Assembly: GCF_041248615.1 (NCBI RefSeq)
Contig: NZ_CP158426.1
Strand: one strand, 5' to 3'
From: Escherichia coli
Lineage (GTDB): Bacteria > Pseudomonadota > Gammaproteobacteria > Enterobacterales > Enterobacteriaceae
DNA length: 64,000 bases
The translations under genes were made by a program, and so were the position numbers. The notes under the pieces were generated by a model. The model was given only the letters and a program-made list of their open reading frames with translations, ran no database searches and was not told the DNA's origin. Of the stretch, positions 24,544-33,852 are shown in pieces; the first letter of the stretch is position 1, and every line of letters starts with the position of its first letter.

Positions 24544-27056
24544 TGCCAGTCGTACCAACAGTATCCGGACGTCAGGTTGAGAGCCGTGGAGTTCAGTCAG
24601 CAGGCTTGCAGACGTTTTCTCAGCCAGGTATTGGTGATGCTTTTGTTCGGGCAGGGGCAGAGGCTATTGATGTTTTTGGTCAGGCAAAACAGCGTGCCAA
24701 TATCGCTCTGGCTCAGGAGGCATCTCTTAACCTCAGTCAGATAAGCAGCGATCTGCTGAATAACCCTGAAACAGGTTTGCTTAACCTGAAAGGGAAAAAT
24801 GCTATTGGAAAAGGTCAGGAGTATACGCAGCAGTTTGATGCTCGGGCCGAACAACTGGCTATGTCGCTGCCGGATGAACAGGCTCGTAATGCTTTCATGC
24901 AGCAGGCGCAGCAGCAGCGCATTCAGTTCACTACGCAGGCAGGGCGGCACGAGATAGGGCAAATAAATGCCTACGAAGAAGGCCAGTTTCAGGCTACGCT
25001 GCTGAACAATGGTAAAAATGCCGCAGCATTGTATGGCGACAACGCCGCATACGTATTGGCTAATAAGCAAACTTTCCAGCAAATTGAGGATTACGGCATT
25101 GCACATGGCTGGAGTGACGAGCAAATCCAGGCCAAGAAAATCGAGTTTAAAGAGAAGGTTGCTGATGCCGCATTGTCCCAGTGGTCGGCAAACAATGCGA
25201 CCGCATTCATCCAAAGTAATGGCGAGTTAAGTGATACTGCTGCTGGAGCTCGCCGTGCTGTAGCAGATAGTGACTCTTCCGAGCGTGCCCGTGGCATACG
25301 CAACAATAACCCAGGAAATCTCGAATACAGCAAAACTAATCCGTGGGTAGGCCAGACCGGTGATGATGGTCGATTTGCTAAATTCGAAACACCTGAACAC
25401 GGGATTCGTGCATTAGGGCGGAACCTGATGTCGTATCAGAGGCAGGGTATTGATACCGTCAGCGAGATAATTAATCGCTGGGCACCGCCTACTGATAAAA
25501 ATGACACTATGTCGTATATCAAAGCAGTGTGCGAACAACTTGGCGTTTCTGCTGATGAGCCTCTCGATGCATCTAATCCTGATACCCTGAAGGCGCTTTG
25601 TGCAGCCATTATCCATCATGAGAACGGTAGCCAGCCATACAGTGATCAGCAGTTAACTGCTGGTGTCAGTGCAGCACTTGGTTTATCAACAATTCCAACC
25701 AACACCAAACGCTATACCGGTAATGCAGCATTCGATGCGGCATCTCCTGAGGCGCAGGCAAGTTTTATGCGACAGGCGGATCAACTGCGTCGGCAGCAGC
25801 AGGCTGAATATAAAACGATGATTGACAGCCAGGTTCGCGATGCGACAGCTGCGTATATGCGTGGCGTTGAATTTCCTAACCCACCTGGTGAGGCTGATTT
25901 TATTGCAGCTTATGGAGTAAGAGAAGGAAACCTGCGATATACCGAGTTCAGAAATACGCAAATCGCCGGACAGTATATAGGCTCTTTCCGCAACATGCCG
26001 ACAAGCAGCATTACAGCATATGTTGAGCAATTACGCCCGGATACTGGTGAGACAGGGGAGGGTTATGCGGCACGAGCCGCTCTTTATGACAACGTTGTGT
26101 CGGCTGCAAGTCAGGTGATAAAGCAGCGACAGGCTGATCCTGTACAGTTCTCTCTTGCCGCCGGACAGGCAAAGCCTATCGACATGAGCAATAAGGATAA
26201 CTTTGGACAGAGCGTTGCCTTGCGTGCTGCTCAGGTCAGTGACCTTGCTAAGTCATATGGCACTCCACTGACGTTCTTTTCCAAAGACGAGGCCAATCAG
26301 ATCGGTGTTTTCTTTCGTGATGCGCCCGTTTCCCAACAGGCAGCATATCTCGATACCATCAGGCAGAGCACTGGTGGTGGGCAGGTGTATATGTCAGCAC
26401 TACAGCAGATCAGTGCCAACGCTCCATCTGCTGCCGTTGCCGGGATACTGATGGATAAGCCAGGTGGTATTTTGGCAGAAAAAAACTGGTTTAATCCGGA
26501 TGTTTCCGTGTCTCCTGAAACCGCTGCGCAGACAATTCTTGCTGGCGCGGCGGCTCGTAAAGGTACTGATGATGCGAAAGGTATTCCGATGCCTAAAGAT
26601 GCTGATCTTCGCCTTGAGTTTTCTGACATGGTGAAGGATGCATTTGCTGGTGACGCTCAGGGGGCATCAATGGCATACGAGATCGCAAAGGATTATTACG
26701 CTGGTGTGATGGCGAAAAAAGGCGTGGTATCAGGCGAAATTGACAATGATGTCTGGAAACAGGCTGTTAACGTAGCTACAGGTGGCGTGCATGACTATAA
26801 CGGAATGGGGAATGTCCTTTTGCCGTGGGGAATGTCTGCAGAGCAATTCGATAAGCAGGTTAATCAGGTTTGGAATGAACAAGTTGTCGGCTCCGGGATA
26901 AAAACACCGCCTGGTCAGTATGGTTTGCAAAGTTACGGCGATAGTCAGTATCTGGTGAAACTTGGTACTGGTTATCTGCTGAAAGATGATGGTTCTCCCG
27001 TTGTTCTTAATCTGACACAGAAGCGTCAGAGATTCTCCGGAGATATTCCGCAATGA
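24543..27056 (+). CDS. Internal virion protein with a peptidoglycan-hydrolase-like domain
   Basis: ATG at 24543 (TAATG overlap, GGAGG RBS). GIRNNNPGNLEYSKTNPWVGQ...FETPEHGIRALGRNL resembles virion-associated muralytic domains. Confidence 0.65.
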   Translation: MPVVPTVSGRQVESRGVQSAGLQTFSQPGIGDAFVRAGAEAIDVFGQAKQRANIALAQEASLNLSQISSDLLNNPETGLLNLKGKNAIGKGQEYTQQFDARAEQLAMSLPDEQARNAFMQQAQQQRIQFTTQAGRHEIGQINAYEEGQFQATLLNNGKNAAALYGDNAAYVLANKQTFQQIEDYGIAHGWSDEQIQAKKIEFKEKVADAALSQWSANNATAFIQSNGELSDTAAGARRAVADSDSSERARGIRNNNPGNLEYSKTNPWVGQTGDDGRFAKFETPEHGIRALGRNLMSYQRQGIDTVSEIINRWAPPTDKNDTMSYIKAVCEQLGVSADEPLDASNPDTLKALCAAIIHHENGSQPYSDQQLTAGVSAALGLSTIPTNTKRYTGNAAFDAASPEAQASFMRQADQLRRQQQAEYKTMIDSQVRDATAAYMRGVEFPNPPGEADFIAAYGVREGNLRYTEFRNTQIAGQYIGSFRNMPTSSITAYVEQLRPDTGETGEGYAARAALYDNVVSAASQVIKQRQADPVQFSLAAGQAKPIDMSNKDNFGQSVALRAAQVSDLAKSYGTPLTFFSKDEANQIGVFFRDAPVSQQAAYLDTIRQSTGGGQVYMSALQQISANAPSAAVAGILMDKPGGILAEKNWFNPDVSVSPETAAQTILAGAAARKGTDDAKGIPMPKDADLRLEFSDMVKDAFAGDAQGASMAYEIAKDYYAGVMAKKGVVSGEIDNDVWKQAVNVATGGVHDYNGMGNVLLPWGMSAEQFDKQVNQVWNEQVVGSGIKTPPGQYGLQSYGDSQYLVKLGTGYLLKDDGSPVVLNLTQKRQRFSGDIPQ

Positions 27057-28855
27057 GTTACTTTGGCCTTAATCCAGTAAACCAGAATCAGCAGCTTGAC
27101 GAAGCAGCATCAAATCCAGCTGGCTTTAACAGCGATGTTGGTTTTTTCGACAATGCTGTAGGAGCGGCATTGTCTGGTTTGTACTCCGGGCTGGTGGCAA
27201 AGCCAGATCAGTTGCTATGGGCAGGGATGGATAAAATCGTATCCCCGATTGCTCAGTTTGTTAACGAAAACACCTCGCTCAATGACACTTCAGTTTCATA
27301 CATTGCTGAGCAGAGAAAACTAGCAGAGCAGCAGGTTAAGCGGCTGACGCCTGATGCCGCGACAACCGGAACCGCCGGGCAGGTTCTTTATGGGTTGTTC
27401 GATATGGGCGGGCAGGCTGTTGTCGGTACAACGCTCGGTGGTCCTGTCGGAGGTGCAGCGGCGGTAACTTCGCTACAGGGTTTTTCTGAGTTTGAACGGC
27501 TGACAGCACAGGGTGTTGATTTCAGGACGGCGAAGGAAGCGGGATTAGTGCAGGGCATTACTGCTGGTGCCGGAACACTGATCCCTATGAGCCTCGGGTT
27601 ACGTGCTGGTGGTGCGCTGGCGGAAGGTGTGGCGGCTCAGCTTGCGCGGACGGGTGAAAGTTCAGTGCGACGCGCCGCAGCAACAGCAGTACGTGCAACG
27701 CCAGATATTGCCTATGCCGCAGGTACAAATATTGCGTTCGGTATGGCACAGCGTGGGCTTACTGCAAAAACGCTTCGTGATGGTGGCTATAGCGAAATGG
27801 CTAACCAGTATGATGTGTTGGATCGACAGGCAATTGCTATTGATGCTGTTCTTGGGGTGGCGTTTGGTGGTGTCGGCAGATTTATTAACTCTCGCGGCGA
27901 GTCTACAAGCGCACCAAATTTTTCACCAGTTGATATTGATGCTGCACTGGCGGCGAATGCCGCTCATCATGCTGAAATTGATATTGCTCCCGGCGTTCCG
28001 ATCAACGTGCTTTCGCGTAATTCGCACATTCAGGCTCTGCGAAAAGCCATGTCTGATGTTAGCCAGGGGAGACCTGTAGACGTTGCCAGCATTGTTGAGT
28101 CTGCATCTTTCAGTGAAATTCCTGGGCCCAAGAGTCTGCTGTCTCAGGCAGTTAATGAGGCTCTGTCATCTGTAGATGATGGAGTAACGGCGCGCGCTAT
28201 AGAAAATCGGTTGCTTGAAGAACAGGCCGCGCAGCTTTTGTCGCGTGGCGATAGACAGGTTTACCAGTCTGAAATCGCTAATAGCCAACGAATTATTGAA
28301 AATCTCACTGAACAGCGCGCACAAATTCTTGCAGAAGAGCCAACCGGGAGCGGTAAGGCTTTATCTCGTGCTCGATCAGATAAACAGGCCAGACTTCGCG
28401 ATATTGATCAACGAATCCGGCAGGCACAAGAACGCCTGGAATTTTCCCGTAACGCGTTGGCACCGCACGAGCCTGGCGGTCAGTTTTTTGAAGCTCGAGC
28501 AGAACTGGCACGACGACAGCAGGCAGAAAGTGAACTTAATGCTCAGGCTGTTTCATTCTATAAAACAGCAGAGGTCAGGACGCCAGACGAAGTAGCTCCT
28601 TTTGAGCCCGGTAAGATATTGCAACAGACAGAACAAAAAATGATGGCAGATCCGGCAGGAGATATTGATCTGCGTATAGCTGAAGACTCGCTGCTTGAAT
28701 CTCCGGACATGATAATCACCGTGCTGGATGATGATGGTAATCCACAATCGCGCAGTGCGCGTGAAGTACTGGATGAAGCGAACAGGGAAAGTGAGCAGGC
28801 AATACAGGATTCCAGCCTGTTTGATGTCGCTGTGGCGTGTTTCTTGAGAGGTTAA
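27053..28855 (+). CDS. Internal virion (ejection) protein
   Basis: 600 aa with Gly/Ala-rich hydrophobic segments and a coiled coil. Its start overlaps the preceding stop by 4 nt. Confidence 0.55.
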   Translation: MSYFGLNPVNQNQQLDEAASNPAGFNSDVGFFDNAVGAALSGLYSGLVAKPDQLLWAGMDKIVSPIAQFVNENTSLNDTSVSYIAEQRKLAEQQVKRLTPDAATTGTAGQVLYGLFDMGGQAVVGTTLGGPVGGAAAVTSLQGFSEFERLTAQGVDFRTAKEAGLVQGITAGAGTLIPMSLGLRAGGALAEGVAAQLARTGESSVRRAAATAVRATPDIAYAAGTNIAFGMAQRGLTAKTLRDGGYSEMANQYDVLDRQAIAIDAVLGVAFGGVGRFINSRGESTSAPNFSPVDIDAALAANAAHHAEIDIAPGVPINVLSRNSHIQALRKAMSDVSQGRPVDVASIVESASFSEIPGPKSLLSQAVNEALSSVDDGVTARAIENRLLEEQAAQLLSRGDRQVYQSEIANSQRIIENLTEQRAQILAEEPTGSGKALSRARSDKQARLRDIDQRIRQAQERLEFSRNALAPHEPGGQFFEARAELARRQQAESELNAQAVSFYKTAEVRTPDEVAPFEPGKILQQTEQKMMADPAGDIDLRIAEDSLLESPDMIITVLDDDGNPQSRSAREVLDEANRESEQAIQDSSLFDVAVACFLRG

Positions 28856-28860
28856 ATTAA

Positions 28861-31335
28861 ATGAGACAGGAATGTATACAAGCGGTCCAGCAGGCGGCGC
28901 AGCGCACGTTAACGGCGCGAGAAATACAGAACATTGAAGACCGCATTTATCGAAATATGCGCTCCATTGCTCGTGATGACCCGATGTCGTGGAGACAACT
29001 TTCCGAATCAGAGCGGCTATATCGTGCAGCACAATTGGCATCTGAGGAATTACAGCGAGAAGCGGCATTAAAGAAACGTCGTGTGGCCCTCACTATAGCC
29101 GCACGTCAGAGATTGGATAAATTTATCAATAGCTATCAAGGGGCTGATGGGAAACTTGGCGCTCTTAACCGTACTATTGCTTTTAATGCAGACGGTAAAT
29201 CGAATTTCCTCTCTGTTGAGTCCAGAACAAAAGCCACTCGTGATTATGCATTGAGTCAATTGCAGGAGGCATTCGAAGCAGTTGATCCTCGCTTTTTTGG
29301 TCTGTTTGAAGATGAAGCGGGCGTACGTGACCTGGTATATGAAATGCGAGGGCAAAATACTGGCAATTCTAAAGCAAGAAAAGGTGCTAAGGCGTGGAGA
29401 GAAGTGACAGATCTACTGCGCCGCCGGTTTAATGATGCTGGTGGGGACATTGGCTATCTCGAAAACTGGGGGATCCCTCAGCATCATTCTATGGAAAAGG
29501 TTGGGGCGGTATCAAAGGATAAGTGGGTTAGCGATGTTATAGGTAAGCTGGATCGCAAATATTATATCCGAGCCGATGGACAACTGATGAACGATGCCGA
29601 GTTGTCTGCATTTCTTGGAGAGGCTTATAACACGATCGCTACTGGTGGGCTGAATAAGCTTACTGATACCGGAATGCGAATTTCCGGCGCACGTGCTAAC
29701 CGTGGTAATGCATCACGACAGATACATTTCAAAGATGCAGATTCCTATCTGCAATATCAGCAACTTTATGGCGATCGCTCTCTATGGGAAATCATGGTCG
29801 GTCACCTGGAAGGTATCAGTAAAGATATTGCACTGGTGGAAACATATGGCCCAAACCCCGATCATGTTTTCCGCTCTCTTCTTGATCAGGTGAAGGCAGA
29901 AACGGCAACAGCTAACCCGAGTAAAACCGGTAAAGTCGAGCGGCTGGCGAACAACACAGAGAATCTGTACAACTTTATTTCCGGAAAGACACAGCCTGTA
30001 GCGAATCCGCACATCGCGCGATGGTCTGACAATATCCGCAACTGGCTGGTTGCCAGCAGACTCGGATCTGCGTTGCTATCATCGTTCTCTGATCTTGGAA
30101 CCATGTATCTGTCTGCGAAGGTGACCAACCTTCCAATGAACCAGTTATTCCGCAACCAGCTTGAAGCTATGGACCCAACGAACCGTACAGAACTTGCGCG
30201 GGCGCGCCGCGCTGGTCTGGCGATGGAATCTCTACTTGGCAGCGTTAACCGCTGGGCGATGGATAATATGGGGCCGTCAGTGTCTCGTTGGGCGGCAACG
30301 GCGGTAATGCGTGCCAGTGGGCTTACAGCATGGTCAGATGCGCACAAGCGCGCCTATGGCGTAACCATGATGGGAAGCCTGGGAGAAGTAGTGTCACGGA
30401 CACCAGACCTTCGTAGCCTCGATGATTCTGATTTTCGTATCCTGAAAAGCAAAGGGATTACTGACACAGACTGGAGCGTATGGAAGCTGGCGCAACAGGA
30501 GGACTGGGGGAACGGTAATAATACGATGCTGACACCGGAAAGCATTATGCGTATCCCTGATTCAGCAGTTAAACATCTTGGTGAGCCTGAGCGCGTGAAA
30601 TTTGAGGCAATGCGTAAATTGCTAGGTGCCGTAACTGAAGAAGTTGATATGGCTGTTATTACACCGGGAGCTCGTGAGCAACTGATAACCGGTTCTGGTA
30701 TTCAGCGTGGAACATGGAAAGGTGAATTAACGAGAAGTGTTTTCCTGTTTAAATCTTTCCCTATCTCGGTTGTTATGCGTCACTGGTCACGCGCTATGGG
30801 TATGCCGTCTGCTGGTGGGCGTGCGGCATATATTGCGACGTTTATTGCCAGTACGACCATTCTTGGCGCTTTGTCGCAGCAACTTAACGACCTTGCGTCT
30901 GGTCGTAATCCTCGAGAGATGACAGGAGAAGATGCCGCAAAATTCTGGCTTGGTGCTCTACTGAAAGGTGGTGGTCTTGGCCTTTACGGTGACTTTTTAT
31001 TGTCAGATCACACCAGGTACGGAAGCGGCGCGCTGGCGTCGATGCTTGGCCCGGTAGCTGGTCTGGTTGATGACGTGGTGAAGATTGCTCAGGGCATACC
31101 GTTAAATGCTGTGGAAGGGAAGAGTGAGCAGACTGGTGGTGATCTGGTGAAGCTGGGGAAAGGTTTGATGCCTGGTGCGAATCTCTGGTATTTGAAGGCG
31201 GCTCTCGATCACATGATCTTTAACCAGATGCAGGAGTATTTTTCACCAGGCTATTTGCGTAAAATGGAGCAACGTTCGAAGAAAGAGTTTAACCAGACAT
31301 ACTGGTGGCGACCTCAGGATGTCACTCCGCAATAA
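28861..31335 (+). CDS. Large internal virion (ejection) protein
   Basis: 824 aa with C-terminal hydrophobic segments. It is the last large gene of the injection module. Confidence 0.55.
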   Translation: MRQECIQAVQQAAQRTLTAREIQNIEDRIYRNMRSIARDDPMSWRQLSESERLYRAAQLASEELQREAALKKRRVALTIAARQRLDKFINSYQGADGKLGALNRTIAFNADGKSNFLSVESRTKATRDYALSQLQEAFEAVDPRFFGLFEDEAGVRDLVYEMRGQNTGNSKARKGAKAWREVTDLLRRRFNDAGGDIGYLENWGIPQHHSMEKVGAVSKDKWVSDVIGKLDRKYYIRADGQLMNDAELSAFLGEAYNTIATGGLNKLTDTGMRISGARANRGNASRQIHFKDADSYLQYQQLYGDRSLWEIMVGHLEGISKDIALVETYGPNPDHVFRSLLDQVKAETATANPSKTGKVERLANNTENLYNFISGKTQPVANPHIARWSDNIRNWLVASRLGSALLSSFSDLGTMYLSAKVTNLPMNQLFRNQLEAMDPTNRTELARARRAGLAMESLLGSVNRWAMDNMGPSVSRWAATAVMRASGLTAWSDAHKRAYGVTMMGSLGEVVSRTPDLRSLDDSDFRILKSKGITDTDWSVWKLAQQEDWGNGNNTMLTPESIMRIPDSAVKHLGEPERVKFEAMRKLLGAVTEEVDMAVITPGAREQLITGSGIQRGTWKGELTRSVFLFKSFPISVVMRHWSRAMGMPSAGGRAAYIATFIASTTILGALSQQLNDLASGRNPREMTGEDAAKFWLGALLKGGGLGLYGDFLLSDHTRYGSGALASMLGPVAGLVDDVVKIAQGIPLNAVEGKSEQTGGDLVKLGKGLMPGANLWYLKAALDHMIFNQMQEYFSPGYLRKMEQRSKKEFNQTYWWRPQDVTPQ

Positions 31336-31344
31336 GGAAGTGTT

Positions 31345-31518
31345 GTGTTTTTAATTATTTTGAGTGTAATAATTTCTGGTGGATTGTTATTTATTGACCA
31401 CTACAAATATTTTCTTAACCCTCAGACTCAAGCTATTTGCTGGTTCATCTTTGTTGTGCAGGGAGTAGTTCTTGTTGCAAGCCTTATTGAGGGGAGGCCT
31501 CTTATTTTTACTGGGTAA
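31345..31518 (+). CDS. Possible 57-aa two-pass membrane protein (not in the ORF track)
   Basis: GTG at 31345 after an AAGGAAG RBS. Sequence FLIILSVIISGGLLFIDHYKYFLNPQTQAICWFIFVVQGVVLVASLIEGRPLIFTG. AT-rich. Confidence 0.45.
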   Translation: MFLIILSVIISGGLLFIDHYKYFLNPQTQAICWFIFVVQGVVLVASLIEGRPLIFTG

Positions 31519-31530
31519 ATAGGTGACTAC

Positions 31531-31827
31531 ATGCAAGCTATAGGATTCATTGTTTATATCGTCGTTGGTCTTTTTCAGTTGGCAGCAATTATGGCTGGGC
31601 TTGAATCATGGTGGGGATTGCACTGGATAATTGCAGCCCCCATCGCTTTCATCGTGAGCTATATTCCATTTGTTGGAGCGATTGTTGGTATGGTTGGCGC
31701 TGTGGATGTATGGCGGTGGGAGTGGTGGCAGGCTGGCCTTCTATTCTTTGGTGGGATAATCTTTGCTATTGTCTGCGGTGGAATGTCATCATTTTTCGAA
31801 TGGCTATCATTCAGAAAAGAGACGTGA
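31531..31827 (+). CDS. Small integral membrane protein (98 aa, about 3 transmembrane helices (TM))
   Basis: Very hydrophobic and Trp-rich. It is the last plus-strand gene before the accessory island. Confidence 0.6.
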   Translation: MQAIGFIVYIVVGLFQLAAIMAGLESWWGLHWIIAAPIAFIVSYIPFVGAIVGMVGAVDVWRWEWWQAGLLFFGGIIFAIVCGGMSSFFEWLSFRKET

Positions 31828-31835
31828 CATGTCAC
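31824..31835. repeat. Perfect palindrome GTGACATGTCAC (copy 3 of 3)
   Basis: Exact 12-mer overlapping the stop codon and abutting the terminator. Confidence 0.9.
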
Positions 31836-31860
31836 AGGCCGCTTTCGCGGCCTTGTTTTT
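31836..31860 (+). terminator. Rho-independent terminator at the end of the late structural operon
   Basis: AGGCCGC-TTTC-GCGGCCT followed by TGTTTTT. Confidence 0.8.
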
Positions 31861-32020
31861 AACGAATGCCACCGCCGCCCGGGCGGGAATCCGCAGAACG
31901 CCCACCGCAGCGGGAGCCGTCAGCGGCAGTATCGCTGTCGTGCTGACAACGGCCGGCAAAGGCCTGAGTTGAAGCTACCAGAGACAACAAAACGAACAGT
32001 GCAGCAAATGCTTTTTTCAT
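31859..32020 (-). CDS. Small secreted Gly/Cys-containing peptide (53-aa precursor)
   Basis: Signal peptide MKKAFAALFVLLSLVASTQAFA, then GRCQHDSDTAADGSRCGGRSADSRPGGGGIR. ATG at 32020. Confidence 0.55.
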   Translation of the reverse strand: MKKAFAALFVLLSLVASTQAFAGRCQHDSDTAADGSRCGGRSADSRPGGGGIR

Positions 32021-32035
32021 TGTGAAAAATTTCCA

Positions 32036-32063
32036 TCTATAAGCCACCTCAATGTGGCGTCAA
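32036..32063 (-). promoter_or_regulatory. Sigma70-type promoter for the small secreted peptide gene
   Basis: On the minus strand: TTGACG (32058-32063), 16-nt spacer, TATAGA (32036-32041). No operator motif is nearby. Confidence 0.5.
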
Positions 32064-32094
32064 TGAGTGTAGCACTGACTTTTGTTTCGTCCAC

Positions 32095-32116
32095 AAAAAA
32101 GCCCGCAGCGCGGGCT
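32095..32116 (-). terminator. Rho-independent terminator after the 179-aa gene
   Basis: AGCCCGC / GCGGGCT stem followed by TTTTTT on the minus strand. Confidence 0.8.
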
Positions 32117-32655
32117 TACCAAAACTTGTACCACGGGGATTTATCCTTCAATGGACAATCCTTCCATCGTGTGGCCAACCATTCATATTCTTTAAAATAT
32201 GTGTTTATGTTTTCTTTTTCTCTAATGGCTTGTATAAGAGGTAGCGCAATCTGATAGTTATTTACAACGGAGCTGTAAAATACTTCCTTAATCATGGTCT
32301 CATCATAAGTTTTCCGCTTCACGCTCACAGCCATGCGTTCGTAGAAACCTAGACAGTAAATTATTTCTCTCTTCTCTGTCTTTTCTTCATCCGTAAGATC
32401 AGCCTGCCCATTGCTTGGATACATATAAGAGCGGAATGATTTGTTCGATTCGTGAATGCGGCGCATAGTAGATAGGCCTTTCTTATAATCTACATCAAAC
32501 CTGCTTTCACCAAGGAATACTGAAGTGTGTACTTTTCTCGCTGTATTTACATTATAAATAATAGTAGCGATAGCTATGAACAAGCCAAGCGAAACCGCGA
32601 CTGCACTTACGATTTGAGCCACAGCCATGGCAAATTGCATTTCTTCACTTAACAC
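32116..32655 (-). CDS. Membrane-anchored accessory protein (179 aa), possibly DUF4760-like
   Basis: N-terminal TM helix (AMAVAQIVSAVAVSLGLFIAIATIIY) and a helical cytoplasmic domain ending EYEWLATRW. AT-rich. GTG start with a GGAG RBS. The family call is from memory. Confidence 0.7.
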   Translation of the reverse strand: MLSEEMQFAMAVAQIVSAVAVSLGLFIAIATIIYNVNTARKVHTSVFLGESRFDVDYKKGLSTMRRIHESNKSFRSYMYPSNGQADLTDEEKTEKREIIYCLGFYERMAVSVKRKTYDETMIKEVFYSSVVNNYQIALPLIQAIREKENINTYFKEYEWLATRWKDCPLKDKSPWYKFW

Positions 32656-32670
32656 AAACTGTCTCCAGAC

Positions 32671-32696
32671 ATGAAAACGGGGCCTAATGGCCCCGT
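32671..32696 (-). terminator. Strong intrinsic terminator immediately upstream of the 179-aa gene
   Basis: ACGGGGCC-ATTA-GGCCCCGT followed by TTTCAT on the minus strand, about 20 nt before the RBS. Confidence 0.75.
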
Positions 32697-32714
32697 CATT
32701 AAACTATCCGAATG

Positions 32715-32747
32715 TTAAACGCCTTCGTACTCGTCAAATTTTCTCAT
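32715..32747 (-). CDS. 10-codon mini-ORF (MRKFDEYEGV) with a strong RBS
   Basis: AGGAGG lies 7 nt before the ATG. The ORF sits between an operator site and the terminator. Whether it is translated is unknown. Confidence 0.25.
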   Translation of the reverse strand: MRKFDEYEGV

Positions 32748-32783
32748 GTGGGCTCCTCCTGTATCGGTGCCTAATCGCTATGG

Positions 32784-32800
32784 ATCACCCGTGAGGTAAT
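32784..32800. promoter_or_regulatory. Operator-type site ATCACCCGTGAGGTAAT
   Basis: Matches the dispersed palindrome. On the minus strand a TACTAT -10-like hexamer abuts it. Confidence 0.5.
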
Positions 32801-32865
32801 AGTAAGCTATTCACCTGCAATCTGTACAGAATTATTTAAAGGCACATCCCTGTGCCGCCGCCCCG

Positions 32866-33576
32866 TCAGAAGAACCCTGCCTTGTCGTTGATGTATTCCG
32901 CGTGAGTCTGGATATCACGCAGGCATTTGCTCACACCGACGATGTAGCAAAACATGGTGGTCAGCTCCGCCGCCGCGCCCGATACGTCGTGCCCGTCGTC
33001 CTGTAACTGGTTCAGCAGATTCATCAGCAGTGAGTTCTCCGTCAGGCCGAGAACACCAGACGGAGAATGAATCAGACTGCGGTAGCCGGGCTTCAGTGGG
33101 GCGCTGTAGGTTTTGTTCTCTATCTTCATTGCCTGCATCACTGCTGATGCTGTGGCGTTGGCTACCTGGTCGGCAACCATCTTTATGCGTTCTTCCTGCG
33201 GGAGCGAGTTTTTAATGTAACTTCCGGTGCGGCGGATCTGAGGAAGAACCTCACCTGTAACCCATTTACGAAAGCGGTAGGGGATAGTGCCTGGTGTCAC
33301 CGCATCGCGGCAGCGGAGGATCAGTGTGTAGAGGCCTGACTCGGAGATGATGTTGATCTCTTTTACTCGGCTGTCAAAAATCGCACGATGTTCATGCCCT
33401 ATGTTGAACATAGACCTTTCATCATCATCCAGTTTTTCAAGTGATTGGGTGACGTTTTGGATACGCAGCGCACTACAAACGTCTTGGGCTACAAACCATG
33501 GTTGGCCATCGATAATGATGGAACGGATAGGGTTAACAGATTCAAATTTGAAGATGGCAGTTTGAGCATTAGCCAT
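32866..33576 (-). CDS. ant: Antirepressor (Bro-N domain plus C-terminal domain)
   Basis: IFKFESVNPIRSIIIDGQPWFVAQDVCSAL is a Bro-N/Ant N-terminus. ATG at 33576 has a GGAG RBS. The C-terminal roughly 70 aa are about 48% identical by eye to the 85-aa protein upstream. Confidence 0.8.
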   Translation of the reverse strand: MANAQTAIFKFESVNPIRSIIIDGQPWFVAQDVCSALRIQNVTQSLEKLDDDERSMFNIGHEHRAIFDSRVKEINIISESGLYTLILRCRDAVTPGTIPYRFRKWVTGEVLPQIRRTGSYIKNSLPQEERIKMVADQVANATASAVMQAMKIENKTYSAPLKPGYRSLIHSPSGVLGLTENSLLMNLLNQLQDDGHDVSGAAAELTTMFCYIVGVSKCLRDIQTHAEYINDKAGFF

Positions 33577-33730
33577 GGTGGTTATCTCCACTTAGTGATT
33601 TTAATCACCACCGCAACGCCAATTACTGGTGGTGAACTGGACAAGGTTGGCGTACCGGCCTAAGTGGTACCGGCGTCCTTTCGGACCCCTGCCCAGCCCA
33701 CCATAATTCGGATATAGCTGTGCTTAACGC

Positions 33731-33852
33731 ATAAAAAAACCACGTCTGGCGTGGTATGCGCCACTTAGTAACTCGGGACGCCAATCCCGGCACTGGATTT
33801 TGCCAGTGCCAGATTACTATGGCACAAGAGGAGTGCGATGTAAATTTACCGC
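33731..33852 (-). ncRNA. Candidate roughly 120-nt terminated leader RNA / small RNA upstream of ant
   Basis: It would start at the predicted promoter (33860-33888) and contains hairpins at 33789-33810 and 33775-33788. It ends at terminator ACCACG-CCAGA-CGTGGT + TTTTTTT (33731-33755). Confidence 0.4.

Noticed and set aside
32830-32845. CTGTACAG near the ant stop codon, considered as a possible second LexA box.
   Set aside because: It lacks the CTGT-N8-ACAG geometry. It is just an 8-bp palindrome.
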